A DNA stretch of 64,000 nucleotides from Rebecca billardiae RCC1528 (Eukaryota > Protista > Haptophyta): assembly GCA_965240325.2 (NCBI GenBank), contig OZ251228.1, positions 2,046,001 to 2,110,000 of the forward strand. Direction: 5' to 3'. Below the pieces are notes generated by a model, which saw nothing but the letters and a program-made list of their open reading frames with translations, had not been told where the DNA came from and made no database searches. A program made the translations under genes and the position numbers. This document shows positions 1 to 9,310 of this stretch, piece by piece. The stretch's first letter is position 1, and every line of letters begins with the position of its first letter.

Positions 1-256
1 CAAGGCGGAGGTGAGCCGACGCCCCCGGTCCGCGTCCTCTTCCAGGCACCGCCGCCATTTCCCGTGGGCGACACCGTTCCGCGTTTCGTCTGCACCCAGT
101 CACCCTTTCACCCACAAAGAAACAGATGAAGGCAGACGACGAAATGCTGCAGTGGGCAAACGCCGCAAACAGCTCTCCGGCTGCTGGCCGGCCGTGAGCC
201 GCGAACGTCGAACGAGCCCAAGCCGCCCGAGGCCGCCGCCGGCCGGCTTGCGGACA

Positions 257-1186
257 ATGGGTGCTCCGTCGCCACGCCTCGAGTCGCGCATCGACGTGCC
301 GTTCGAGTGCATCTGCGGCTTCTCGTGCGGCACGTCGCACGCTCTCAAGTCCCACCTGCGCCGAGGCCAGCTCTCCGGCGCCAACCACCTTGCGGTCGCA
401 GGCCGCGTCTCTCCGGTGCCGCTCGCGACCGTCGACCTGCCCGCGACAGCGGACGGCCGCGTGCGCCTGCTGTTCGTGCGGCACGGCGAGTCGGCGAACA
501 AGTCAATGGCCTGCCAGACACACGTCGAAGACGCGCCCCTCTCCCCCCTGGGCTACAGGCAGGCGGAGGCGCTCGGCGCGGCGCTCGGCGCGCAGCTCAG
601 TCCGTCTCAGACGCTCGTTGTGGTCAGCCCGATGAGGCGAGCGCTGCTCACGGCAGCCCCGCTGATCTCGCGGCTCGGCCTCGCGCGTGGGCGCGTCATC
701 TGCCACGGCGAGCTGTGGGAATGGCGCGGCGCCCACCCGGCCTACCCGGGGCGTTCGGCCGCTGCGACCGAAGCGGACAAGCAGATGCCCTCCGTGCGCT
801 GCGAGTGCTTCGGCGAGGGCGGAACGACGTGGCAGTTCCACGGGCACGGGCACCTGGAGAACGAGACGGACATGCGCCGGCGCGCGCACTCGTTCCGCCG
901 CTGGCTGCACGCCCAGATGCCCCGCCGCCTCGACGGCGACACGGTCCACACGGCCGTGATTGTCGGCCACCTTCACTTCTTCGACCTGCTGCTGCAGATC
1001 CTGCTCAAGGGCACGGCGGAGGACTGGTACGCCTCGCTGCGCGAGTACGCGCTGCGCAACGCGGCGGTGACCGAGGTCATGTACGACTTTGGCACGGGCT
1101 GCGCCATCCTGGGCACGGAGAACAGCGTCGTCCATCTCAAGGAGCGCGGGGTGGCCGTGACAGGGGGTGCGCACGATTCCTCTTGA
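257..1186 (+). CDS. Histidine phosphatase (phosphoglycerate mutase) superfamily protein with an N-terminal C2H2-like motif
   Basis: LLFVRHGES catalytic motif, DAPLSPLGYRQA, VSPMRRALLTA, VIVGH. First in-frame ATG at 257; CICGFSC...H motif upstream. Confidence 0.85.
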   Translation: MGAPSPRLESRIDVPFECICGFSCGTSHALKSHLRRGQLSGANHLAVAGRVSPVPLATVDLPATADGRVRLLFVRHGESANKSMACQTHVEDAPLSPLGYRQAEALGAALGAQLSPSQTLVVVSPMRRALLTAAPLISRLGLARGRVICHGELWEWRGAHPAYPGRSAAATEADKQMPSVRCECFGEGGTTWQFHGHGHLENETDMRRRAHSFRRWLHAQMPRRLDGDTVHTAVIVGHLHFFDLLLQILLKGTAEDWYASLREYALRNAAVTEVMYDFGTGCAILGTENSVVHLKERGVAVTGGAHDSS

Positions 1187-1209
1187 TGAGTTCAATATAG
1201 TCACTCATC

Positions 1210-1349
1210 GTCATCGCCGATTTAGTGAATAGACAATAGCAGTAGTGATGATGACGCGCTGACTAGCTAGCTAGTAGCTGTCATCGCCGATTTAGTGAAT
1301 AGACAATAGCAGTAGTGATGATGACGCGCTGACTAGCTAGCTAGTAGCT
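1210..1349. repeat. Perfect 70-bp tandem duplication
   Basis: gtcatcgccgatttagtg...ctagtagct at 1210-1279 and 1280-1349. Confidence 0.95.
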
Positions 1350-1530
1350 AGCAGCTTAGATACCGCGCTAGTACTGCGTCCGATCACTCGCGGACGACTG
1401 ATCAGACACTCGGCCGCCTCACACTCAATGCTACGGTCACAGAGTACGGACAGATCGGATGCATGCTGCCGCCTGAGCCACTCAGCCTGAGGCCGTTAGA
1501 ATGGCAGTTTAGTAGTATAAGTCTTGTCAG

Positions 1531-1532
<2 letters not shown>

Positions 1533-1610
<78 letters not shown>
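1533..1610. repeat. (TA)n microsatellite
   Basis: Direct reading. Confidence 0.98.
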
Positions 1611-1612
<2 letters not shown>

Positions 1613-1829
1613 TCGGCAACACTCGCTCATTCTCAGCAGTGACAGTTGGCCTACTGTCAGTGATGGTGCCATGGCATCATCCGACCGCAGTGGGCGAGTG
1701 CGGAGTGGCTCGGTTCAGCCGCCACAATCCTCGGCCAACTGGCATCACTGAGCTTCACTATACGTCACAGACCCACGACCGGCCGGAGTCGGATCGCAGC
1801 CGCGCCGGAGCCCGTGCTGCTGCAGCCAC

Positions 1830-3252
1830 TCACTCGCGGTGGGGGAGCTCCGCTCGGCGCATCAGGCTCGCCTTCTTCCGCGCCTTGTCATGGGACGCCT
1901 GCCGCGTGGATTGCGTCACCTTTGCCATCCTGACCACGGCGGTGGCCGGCTTCTCGAACAGGAGCTCCGTCGGGTCGACCGCGCGCACCGCGTCGAGGTA
2001 GCCGTGCCGGGGCGGCTGCACGCTCGGGCAGCACTGCTTGGGCACGCCCCTGCACTCGGAGCTCCCGTCGCCGTGCCGATCGCAGTCGGCGGCCGGGCAG
2101 TGCGCCTTCTTGTCCCACTCGCTGCACTTGGTCAGCACGCACGCCTCCTGCTGGCAGAAGATCGACTTGACGAACGGCGGGATCGGCCACCGGGCGGCAT
2201 TGTCCGCGGCCGCGCGGTCGGCGGCCACCTCCTGCTGCTCCTGCGCGCGGAAGGAGCGCACCCAGCGGCGCTGCCGGCCGCCCTCGAGCTTCTGCGTGGT
2301 GAGCTGCTCGGCCCACGAGGCGAGCACGTCGGGCAGCGGGTAGCTCCCGCCCGTGTCACCAAACTCGCCCTTCCGGCTCATGGCAATATCCTCGATGAAG
2401 TAGAGCCCACCCTGTTCGGGTGGTGGAGGGGCCCGCGTGCGGCGCAGCGCGCACGCGCGCTCGTGGGCAGGCGGACGAGTCCGCACGCGCGCCGAGTGCG
2501 CCTACGCCTCGCCTCGCGCGCGGCGCGGCGCGTCGCCGGCGACGGACCGGATTGAGCGCCTCGTTCCACAGCACGTCGAACGCGCGGAGCACGTCCGAGC
2601 TGCGGTGCGTGCCGTCGTCGATGATCACGTCGAAGCCGCCGTCGGGCGCGCCGCGAGGCATGCGCTTCACCCACTCACGAAGCGTGCGCGCCTTGCCCTG
2701 CGGCCCAGTGAGCACGCCGGAGACCGCCCTGAGCCCGTTGCGCCGCCTCGCCGCGTCGATGCAGGTCTGATTCGCGTCCGCCGCCCACACCTCGGCGTAC
2801 GGCAGGTACTCCCGCCAGACGGCGATGGACGGGTTGAGCGCGTGCGCGCGCGTGCAGCCGTTGGCAATCTCGAGAACGCGCAGCCCCTCGACCTCAACCA
2901 GCGGCGAGAGGAAGAGGCCGTACATCGTCTCGTACGTGTGCAGGGTGAACTTGTCCGAGATGCGCCCATGCTTGCGCTTGTGCGACAGCGCGAGCTCGCG
3001 CAGCTCGTTCGTGACAAACGCGCTGTGCAGTGCGCCCGTCTTGCTCTTCAGCCGGCCGCGAAGCGGGAGGGAGTGCGGGAGGCCCCAGAGCCGGCGGGCT
3101 CGCGGTGCTGGGGCTGCGCTGACGTCGCGCGCCGACGGAGCCGCTGGGCGCGCGCCCCAATCGCCCGAGAGCACGAGTGTCGCGACGGCCACGCCCGCGG
3201 CGAAGGCCGCGCCGAGCTGGAAGGCGAGATGGGCGCGTCGTGCGCCCGCCAT
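1830..3252 (-). CDS. Membrane-anchored class I SAM-dependent methyltransferase-like protein; exons 3252-2548 and 2411-1830
   Basis: N-terminal hydrophobic anchor; SDK..H.Y..MY, RVLEI, FDVIIDDGTH, LNP|GGLYFIED. A GT-AG intron at 2547-2412 joins the motif in phase 0. Confidence 0.8.
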
Positions 3253-3491
3253 TGGTTTGCCGGCCACCGAATGACTGCCCACCCCAGCGCCAAGCCGGAA
3301 AGCAGGGTGGTCCCTACGCCCCTGGCCAGCGACCGAGCGACCGCCGTGCCCGCCTGCGTAGCCCTGCACAAGGTACCTGCGCCGACGCTTGGCCGACGGG
3401 GGGGTCGCCGAAGCCGCAACCGGAGGCCGTCGTCGATCGGCGACGCACACGCCAGCCGGTGCGCTACTGCGCTGCGCACACGCTGGCCGGC

Positions 3492-5741
3492 ATGGTCGAC
3501 GCGAAGTACCCCAAATGTGATCACGCCGGCTGCACCAAGCAGCCTTCGTTCGGCATGCCGGGCGACGCGCGCGCCAGCCGGTGCGCCACGCACAAGCTGG
3601 CCGGCATGGTCGACGTGGTGAGTCGCAAGTGTGATCACACCGGCTGCACCAAGTGGCCTTCGTTCGGCATGCCGGGCGACGCGCGCGCCAGCCGGTGCGC
3701 CACGCACAAGCTGGCCGGCATGGTCGACGTGGTGAGCCGCAAGTGTGATCACACCGGCTGCACCACACGGCCTAACTTTGGCATGCTGGGCGACGCGCGC
3801 GCCAGCCGGTGCGCTGCGCACAAGCTGGCCGGCATGGTCGACGTGAAGAGCTCCAAGTGTGATCACACTGGCTGCACCAAGGGGCCTTCGTACGGCATGC
3901 CGGGCGACGCGCGCGCCAGCCGGTGCGCCACGCACAAGCTGGCCGGCATGGTCGACGTGAAGAGCTCCAAGTGTGATCACACGGGCTGCACCAAGGGGCC
4001 TTCGTACGGCATGCCGGGCGACGCGCGCGCCAGCCGGTGCGCCACGCATAAGCTGGCCGGCATGGTCGACGTGAAGAGCCACAAGTGTGATCACGCCGGC
4101 TGCACCAAGCAGCCTTCGTTCGGCATGCCGGGCGACGCGCGCGCCAGCCGGTGCGCCACGCACAAGCTGGCTGGCATGGTCAACGTGGTGAGCCCCAAGT
4201 GTGATCACACCGGCTGCATCACGCGGCCTTCGTTCGGCATGCTGGGCGACGCGCGCGCCAAACGGTGCGCTACGCACAAGCTGGCCGGCATGGTCAACGT
4301 GAGGAGCTCCAAGTGTGATCACACGGGCTGCACCACGGGGCCTTCGTACGGCATGCCGGGCGACGCGCGCGCCAGCCGGTGCGCCACGCACAAGCTGGCC
4401 GGCATGGTCGACGTGAGGAGCCCCAAGTGTGATCACACCGGCTGCACCAAGGGGCCTTCGTTCTGCATGCCGGGCGACGCGCGCGCCAGCCGGTGCGCTA
4501 CGCACAAGCTGGCCGGCATGGTCGACGCGAAGAGCCACAAGTGTGATCACGCCGGCTGCACCAAGCAGCCTTCGTTCGGCATGCCGGGCGACGCACGCGC
4601 CAGCCGGTGCGCCACGCACAAGCTGGCCGGCATGGTCGACGTGAGGAGCCCCAAGTGTGATCACACCGGCTGCACCAAGGGGCCTTCGTACGGCATGCCG
4701 GGCGACGCGCGCGCCAGCCGGTGCGCCACGCACAAGCTGGCCGGCATGGTCGACGTGGTGAGCCGCAAGTGTGATCACACCGCCTGCACCAAGGGGCCTT
4801 CGTTCGGCATGCCGGGCGACGCGCGCGCCAGCCGGTGCGCCACGCACAAGCTGGCCGGCATGGTCGACGTGAAGAGCCACAAGTGTGATCACGCCGGCTG
4901 CACCACGCGGCCTTCATTTGGCATGCCGGGCGACGCGCGCGCCAGCCGGTGCGCCACGCACAAGCTGGCCGGCATGGTCGACGTGGTGAGCCGCAAGTGT
5001 GATCACACCGGCTGCACCAAGGGGCCTTCGTACGGCATGCCGGGTGACGCGCGCGCCAGCCGGTGCGCCACGCACAAGCTGGCCTGCATGGTCGACGTGA
5101 AGAGCCACAAGTGTGATCACGCCTGCTGCACCAAGCAGCCTTCGTACGGCATGCCGGGCGACGCGCGCGCCAGCCGGTGCGCCACGCATAAGCTGGCCGG
5201 CATGGTCGACGTGAAGAGCCACAAGTGTGATCACGCCTGCTGCACCAAGCAGCCTTCGTTCGGCATGCCGGGCGACGCGCGCGCCAGCCGGTGCGCTACG
5301 CACAAGCTGGCAGGCATGTTTGACAGTCGGCTCGCCGTCCCCAAGCGCAGGCTGGGGCATGGCACCGGCGACCAGGGCACGCGCGCCGCGAAGCGACAGC
5401 ACAAACCCACCAGCTGCGTTGCCGCTGTTTCGGACGCCGCGCCGCAGCTTTCCCCACCGCCGCCGCTGGTCTCTGTCAGCATCGTCCGCTGGCGCTCGCA
5501 AGATGGCACGATCTATTCGGTTGACGACGCGGTGGTCAATGATGGTGCCTGGGCCCTGGACGAGCGGCACCTGCCCGGCAACGCAGGCGACGCAGTCCGG
5601 GCTGCCCATGGAAGCTACGACCAGGGTCTACCAGCACTACCGTCACCATCGATGGCGGCGGGAGCAGCACGACGGCAGCAACCACAGGACATACCTGTGG
5701 TGATGGCCAGGAGGGTCCCGGCCCGCGACGGTGCAGGCTGA
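3492..5741 (+). CDS. EsV-1-7-type Cys/His repeat protein, copy 1 (16 x 38-aa repeats, tail type A)
   Basis: Repeat CDHxGCTxxPxFGMPGDARASRCATHKLAGMVDVxSxK (C-x4-C-x16-C-x2-H); open frame; start uncertain (ORF open from 3177). Confidence 0.8.
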   Translation: MVDAKYPKCDHAGCTKQPSFGMPGDARASRCATHKLAGMVDVVSRKCDHTGCTKWPSFGMPGDARASRCATHKLAGMVDVVSRKCDHTGCTTRPNFGMLGDARASRCAAHKLAGMVDVKSSKCDHTGCTKGPSYGMPGDARASRCATHKLAGMVDVKSSKCDHTGCTKGPSYGMPGDARASRCATHKLAGMVDVKSHKCDHAGCTKQPSFGMPGDARASRCATHKLAGMVNVVSPKCDHTGCITRPSFGMLGDARAKRCATHKLAGMVNVRSSKCDHTGCTTGPSYGMPGDARASRCATHKLAGMVDVRSPKCDHTGCTKGPSFCMPGDARASRCATHKLAGMVDAKSHKCDHAGCTKQPSFGMPGDARASRCATHKLAGMVDVRSPKCDHTGCTKGPSYGMPGDARASRCATHKLAGMVDVVSRKCDHTACTKGPSFGMPGDARASRCATHKLAGMVDVKSHKCDHAGCTTRPSFGMPGDARASRCATHKLAGMVDVVSRKCDHTGCTKGPSYGMPGDARASRCATHKLACMVDVKSHKCDHACCTKQPSYGMPGDARASRCATHKLAGMVDVKSHKCDHACCTKQPSFGMPGDARASRCATHKLAGMFDSRLAVPKRRLGHGTGDQGTRAAKRQHKPTSCVAAVSDAAPQLSPPPPLVSVSIVRWRSQDGTIYSVDDAVVNDGAWALDERHLPGNAGDAVRAAHGSYDQGLPALPSPSMAAGAARRQQPQDIPVVMARRVPARDGAG

Positions 5742-6374
5742 TGAAGCCGTGAAGCGTGGCTGGTCGTGATGATCTCCCGGCGGTCATCACGACGAGCTTT
5801 TCGTTCGAGCGAGCGCTGGCATCGGGCCGTGGATTCCGAGACGCCACCGGGCACTGCAGAAGGTTTTCACCGCGCTCGACTTCACGCCCCTGTTCCGCTC
5901 ATGTCGACCGGCGCCCCTCCACTCACGGCCGGCAAGGGCTGGCCCATCGAGCTGCTCAAGACCTTCATCGTCACTGACTCTGACAGGGACGTGCCCTGGC
6001 CGCACATCGGCACGCTCGGCAAGCAGCTGCCCTTCCCGGAGGCGTGCGCGATGGCCCAATCCGCAATCGATGGCGCAGAAGCATGGGTACGACGCTGTGC
6101 ATCTCGACGTGGACTTCCTGCTCGAGCACGGCGGCCCGACGCGGTGGTCGCGCTGCTCGCGCAGCACTGCCTCCAGCCCAGCTCACGTGCGGCTGGCACT
6201 TCGGACGTACCGTGCCACCTAGTCACAGTCGTACACCACCTCTCCGACGCCGATGACGGATGAGCGCAACTGCGCAAAGCGCTCCGCGCTTGTGAGGTTG
6301 TGCCCACTGCCGGTCCGGTGGATCCTGACCACTTGACCAGCTTTTGGCGACGAAGTTGCTGGCTACAATCTCGC

Positions 6375-6420
6375 CTGCCTGAGCTGTGTGCGTCTCTTAT
6401 TCTTAGTAGTAAACTGTAGC
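6375..6420 (+). repeat. ~43-bp dispersed motif, copy 1 (second copy 32165-32207, minus strand)
   Basis: ctgcctgagctgtgtgcgtctcttattcttagt(agt)aaactgtagc matches the reverse complement of 32165-32207. Confidence 0.85.
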
Positions 6421-6469
6421 GGCCTGGCTCGTCGTGTCCCAACCGGGGTGGCGGGAACGCCTGCGAGCC

Positions 6470-7528
6470 ATGTGCACGGCCACGGCGGGCACACCTGATC
6501 CAATGAGGAACGGGGGGCGCAAGTGCGCGGCGAGTGGCGACGTGCGCGAGGTGAGCGTCCTCGCCCAATCCGACGGGCCTTCGGCATGCGGCACCCCGGC
6601 GTGCGGCCCCACCAACGGCGAGGGCAGGCGGGTGCGCAGACGCACGCTTGGCGCGGCGCTCGTCGCGGCCGCCGCGATCGCGGCGGCACTCGTGCGCTCC
6701 GCGTGGATGCACGACCATGTGTGGACATCCTTATGGCACGGGCTCGCGAGCGGGCAGCTCGGCGCCGTCGCCGGCCTCGTGCAGGTCCTCTCCCTCATGT
6801 GGCTGCGCACAGTGATGAACTACCAGTACGCGCACGGCACTGGCTTCGCCGAGACGATCCGGATAATGTGGCGCGAGGGCGGCGTGCGGCGCTTCTACCA
6901 GGGGGTCTCGCTCGCGCTGATCCACGCGCCGCTCATCCGCGCCGGCGACGTCGCGGCCAACGAGGGCGTCGACCATCTCTTCACGAGCGCGTGGGCGCAC
7001 GTGTGGCTCTCGCCGATGCGCGCGCTCATCATCAGCTCGCTCGCGACGAGCTGGCGGCTGCTGCTGCAGCCGCTGGACGCGCTGAAGACGAACATGCAGA
7101 TACACGGCCACTCCGCGCGCGCCGTCCTCACCGCGCGCGCGCGCGCCGAGGGCCCCCTGTTCCTCTTCGACGGCTCGTGCGCGTCGATGCTCAGCACGTT
7201 CATCGGCCAGCTGCCGTACTGGGCGACCTTCAAGGCGTGCTGTGCGCGCACGGGGCCGTCGGCGCTCTCGGTGGGGCTGTGCGCGTGGGCGGCGACGTGC
7301 GTGAGCAACCTGGGCTCGAACGTGTTCCACGTGCTCAAGACCGCGCGGCAGGCCAGCGGCGCCCGCTCGTACGCCGACGCGGTGCGCGCAATCGTGCGCA
7401 AGGACGGCGTGCGCGGACTGTTTGCGCGCGGCCTCTTCACGCGCATGCTGGCCAACTCGATGCAGTCGGTCGTCTTCACCGTCGTGTGGCGACTGCTGGC
7501 CACGAAGGGTCAGCGGAGGCATGCGTGA
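6470..7528 (+). CDS. Mitochondrial carrier family protein
   Basis: MWLRTVMNYQY, EGGVRRFYQG, PLDALKTNMQ, DGVRGLFARGL carrier motifs; start uncertain. Confidence 0.85.
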   Translation: MCTATAGTPDPMRNGGRKCAASGDVREVSVLAQSDGPSACGTPACGPTNGEGRRVRRRTLGAALVAAAAIAAALVRSAWMHDHVWTSLWHGLASGQLGAVAGLVQVLSLMWLRTVMNYQYAHGTGFAETIRIMWREGGVRRFYQGVSLALIHAPLIRAGDVAANEGVDHLFTSAWAHVWLSPMRALIISSLATSWRLLLQPLDALKTNMQIHGHSARAVLTARARAEGPLFLFDGSCASMLSTFIGQLPYWATFKACCARTGPSALSVGLCAWAATCVSNLGSNVFHVLKTARQASGARSYADAVRAIVRKDGVRGLFARGLFTRMLANSMQSVVFTVVWRLLATKGQRRHA

Positions 7529-7869
7529 TCGTGAGTTGGGCCGAGCTCGCAGGACTCTGGCTGAAGCGCGGGCGCTCTGTGGGCGTGGCACCATCGACGC
7601 GGTATGACTATGCCTTATCACTCAGTCTCATGCCTGTGCAGTGTGCCGCTGTGCGAGCGCAGATGGCTGACGATCAGTGCTCCGACAATGAAGTCTGGAT
7701 AACGAGCGAGTCGCATTATCGTCACTTAGACCCAGCAGTCGTCAGTCGTCAGACACCCGTGCCCGTGCCCGTGCGACCGCGTGGACACTCGGAGTAACTC
7801 GTCGGCCGCCGCACGGCAGCCTCTGCACTCAGCACTCTGCACTGGCAGTGGCAGTAGCCGTCACGTCGG

Positions 7870-9201
7870 TCACCGCGAGACCGCCCTCACCTCGCGCAGG
7901 AGGGGCCTGAGCTTCCCAGCGTCGCGCAGGGGCAGCAACCCGGGCGCGTCGGCGCCGCTCCCGTCGTTGCACCCGCCGTAGTACTTCCCACCGATCCACA
8001 CGCTGGGCATGGATGTGCGCCCGGTCCGCGCGCCGAGCCGCGCGCGCACGGCCGCCCCCTCTTCGTCCAGGTCGAGCTCGATCGCGCTGAAGCGTGCGCC
8101 CTCCTCGGCCAGCGCCTCCTTGGCACGCTTGCAGAACGGGCAGCCGGTGAACGAGTAGAGCACGACGCCGTCGGCGACCACCTCGCGGTCGATGCGCGCG
8201 TCGATCGCGCCGGCGTCGTACTCGCCCGCCGCCCGCTCGACGATCGCCTGCTTCAGCCCGCCCAGGTTGGCCGCGGTCCACGCCGACAGCCGCTGCGGGA
8301 GTGACTCCTGCTGCGCCCACGCGGTGGGCTCGCCCTCCCAGCCGTCCTCCTCCGGCGCCAGCGCGCCCACGCGGCGGAGCAGCCGCACGGCGGGGCCGAG
8401 GACGGGGTCGAGCTTGGGCTCCGCCGGCGGGCCGCCCTCCGCGGCCGCCGCTTGGCCGGCCTTCACCCCGGCAGCTGGCGCGCTGCCAGCCTGCCCCTGC
8501 GCCAGGCCGTCGGGCGGGCCGGGCCGGAAGAGCTGCCGCACGCCCTCGCCGGGCGAGACCTCCCAGCGCTCGATGTGCTGCACGACGAGCGCGGTGCGCG
8601 GGTCGAAGACGTGCTCCACGCCCCACACCCACGCGAGCACCGGCCGCCACGGCAGGGCCAGCTGCAGCTTCACCAGCAGGCGCGTCGTGTACGACGGGCG
8701 CTCGCCGTCGCGCTCGAGGGACGTGTCGAGGGTGCGGATGCGCGCGTCGGTGATGAAGCCGCCCGCGAGGTTGCGCAGGTTGTCCACGAAGCGCTGGCGC
8801 CCGCGGAACGACGCGAACGGGTCGGCGAACTCGCAGTCCTCCGCGTACAGGGCCTCGTCGACCTCGCCGCTGATGAAGTAGTCGCGCTCGTAGTCGGCGC
8901 GCAGCCGGGCGACGGCCTCGTCGATCGAGGCGGGGGCGAGGGCGACGCCGTCGGGAGCGGCGTCCGGCGCGCCACGCACGAGGGACGCCACCTTGCCGAA
9001 GGCCTCCGTCGCCTGCCACACCGCCTTGAGGCCGAGGCCAGCCGCTGGCTCCTGCGCACTCTCGCCTTTGCCCGGCTCGCCGCCCGGAGAGCCGAGGCGG
9101 ACGGAGGCGCGGGGCGTGATGACCACGCGAGGACCGGGGACAGCGGCGCGGAAGGCCTCCGCGCTCGCCACGAGAAGCGCGAAGCACGTCGCCAGGCGCA
9201 T
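7870..9201 (-). CDS. Plastid-targeted DUF2358/SnoaL-like plus glutaredoxin (CPFC) fusion
   Basis: Signal MRLATCFALLVASAEAF; LRADYERDYFISG..LYAEDCEFADPF..F.G; LPWRP; C-terminal YSFTGCPFC...GRTSMPSVWIGGKYYGGCND. Confidence 0.85.
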   Translation of the reverse strand: MRLATCFALLVASAEAFRAAVPGPRVVITPRASVRLGSPGGEPGKGESAQEPAAGLGLKAVWQATEAFGKVASLVRGAPDAAPDGVALAPASIDEAVARLRADYERDYFISGEVDEALYAEDCEFADPFASFRGRQRFVDNLRNLAGGFITDARIRTLDTSLERDGERPSYTTRLLVKLQLALPWRPVLAWVWGVEHVFDPRTALVVQHIERWEVSPGEGVRQLFRPGPPDGLAQGQAGSAPAAGVKAGQAAAAEGGPPAEPKLDPVLGPAVRLLRRVGALAPEEDGWEGEPTAWAQQESLPQRLSAWTAANLGGLKQAIVERAAGEYDAGAIDARIDREVVADGVVLYSFTGCPFCKRAKEALAEEGARFSAIELDLDEEGAAVRARLGARTGRTSMPSVWIGGKYYGGCNDGSGADAPGLLPLRDAGKLRPLLREVRAVSR

Positions 9202-9310
9202 CGTCCGCCCCGAGGCGCGGTCCCGGCCGCGAGCGTGCTGGACCGTAGATTCCCGATACGATGCGAGTCGTACGTACTGTTCGAGTCGTTCTCCAGTGCC
9301 GAAACTGTTG

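Noticed and set aside
3048-5609. Antisense repeat ORFs (MITL..HVDHAGQL..) and equivalents over the other arrays
   Set aside because: Shadow frames of the 114-bp repeat, broken by stops at variable codons; the opposite strand matches the Cys/His motif.
3492-5741. Endogenous giant-virus insertion implied by EsV-1-7 repeats
   Set aside because: No viral core genes; GC content and neighbouring genes are host-like.
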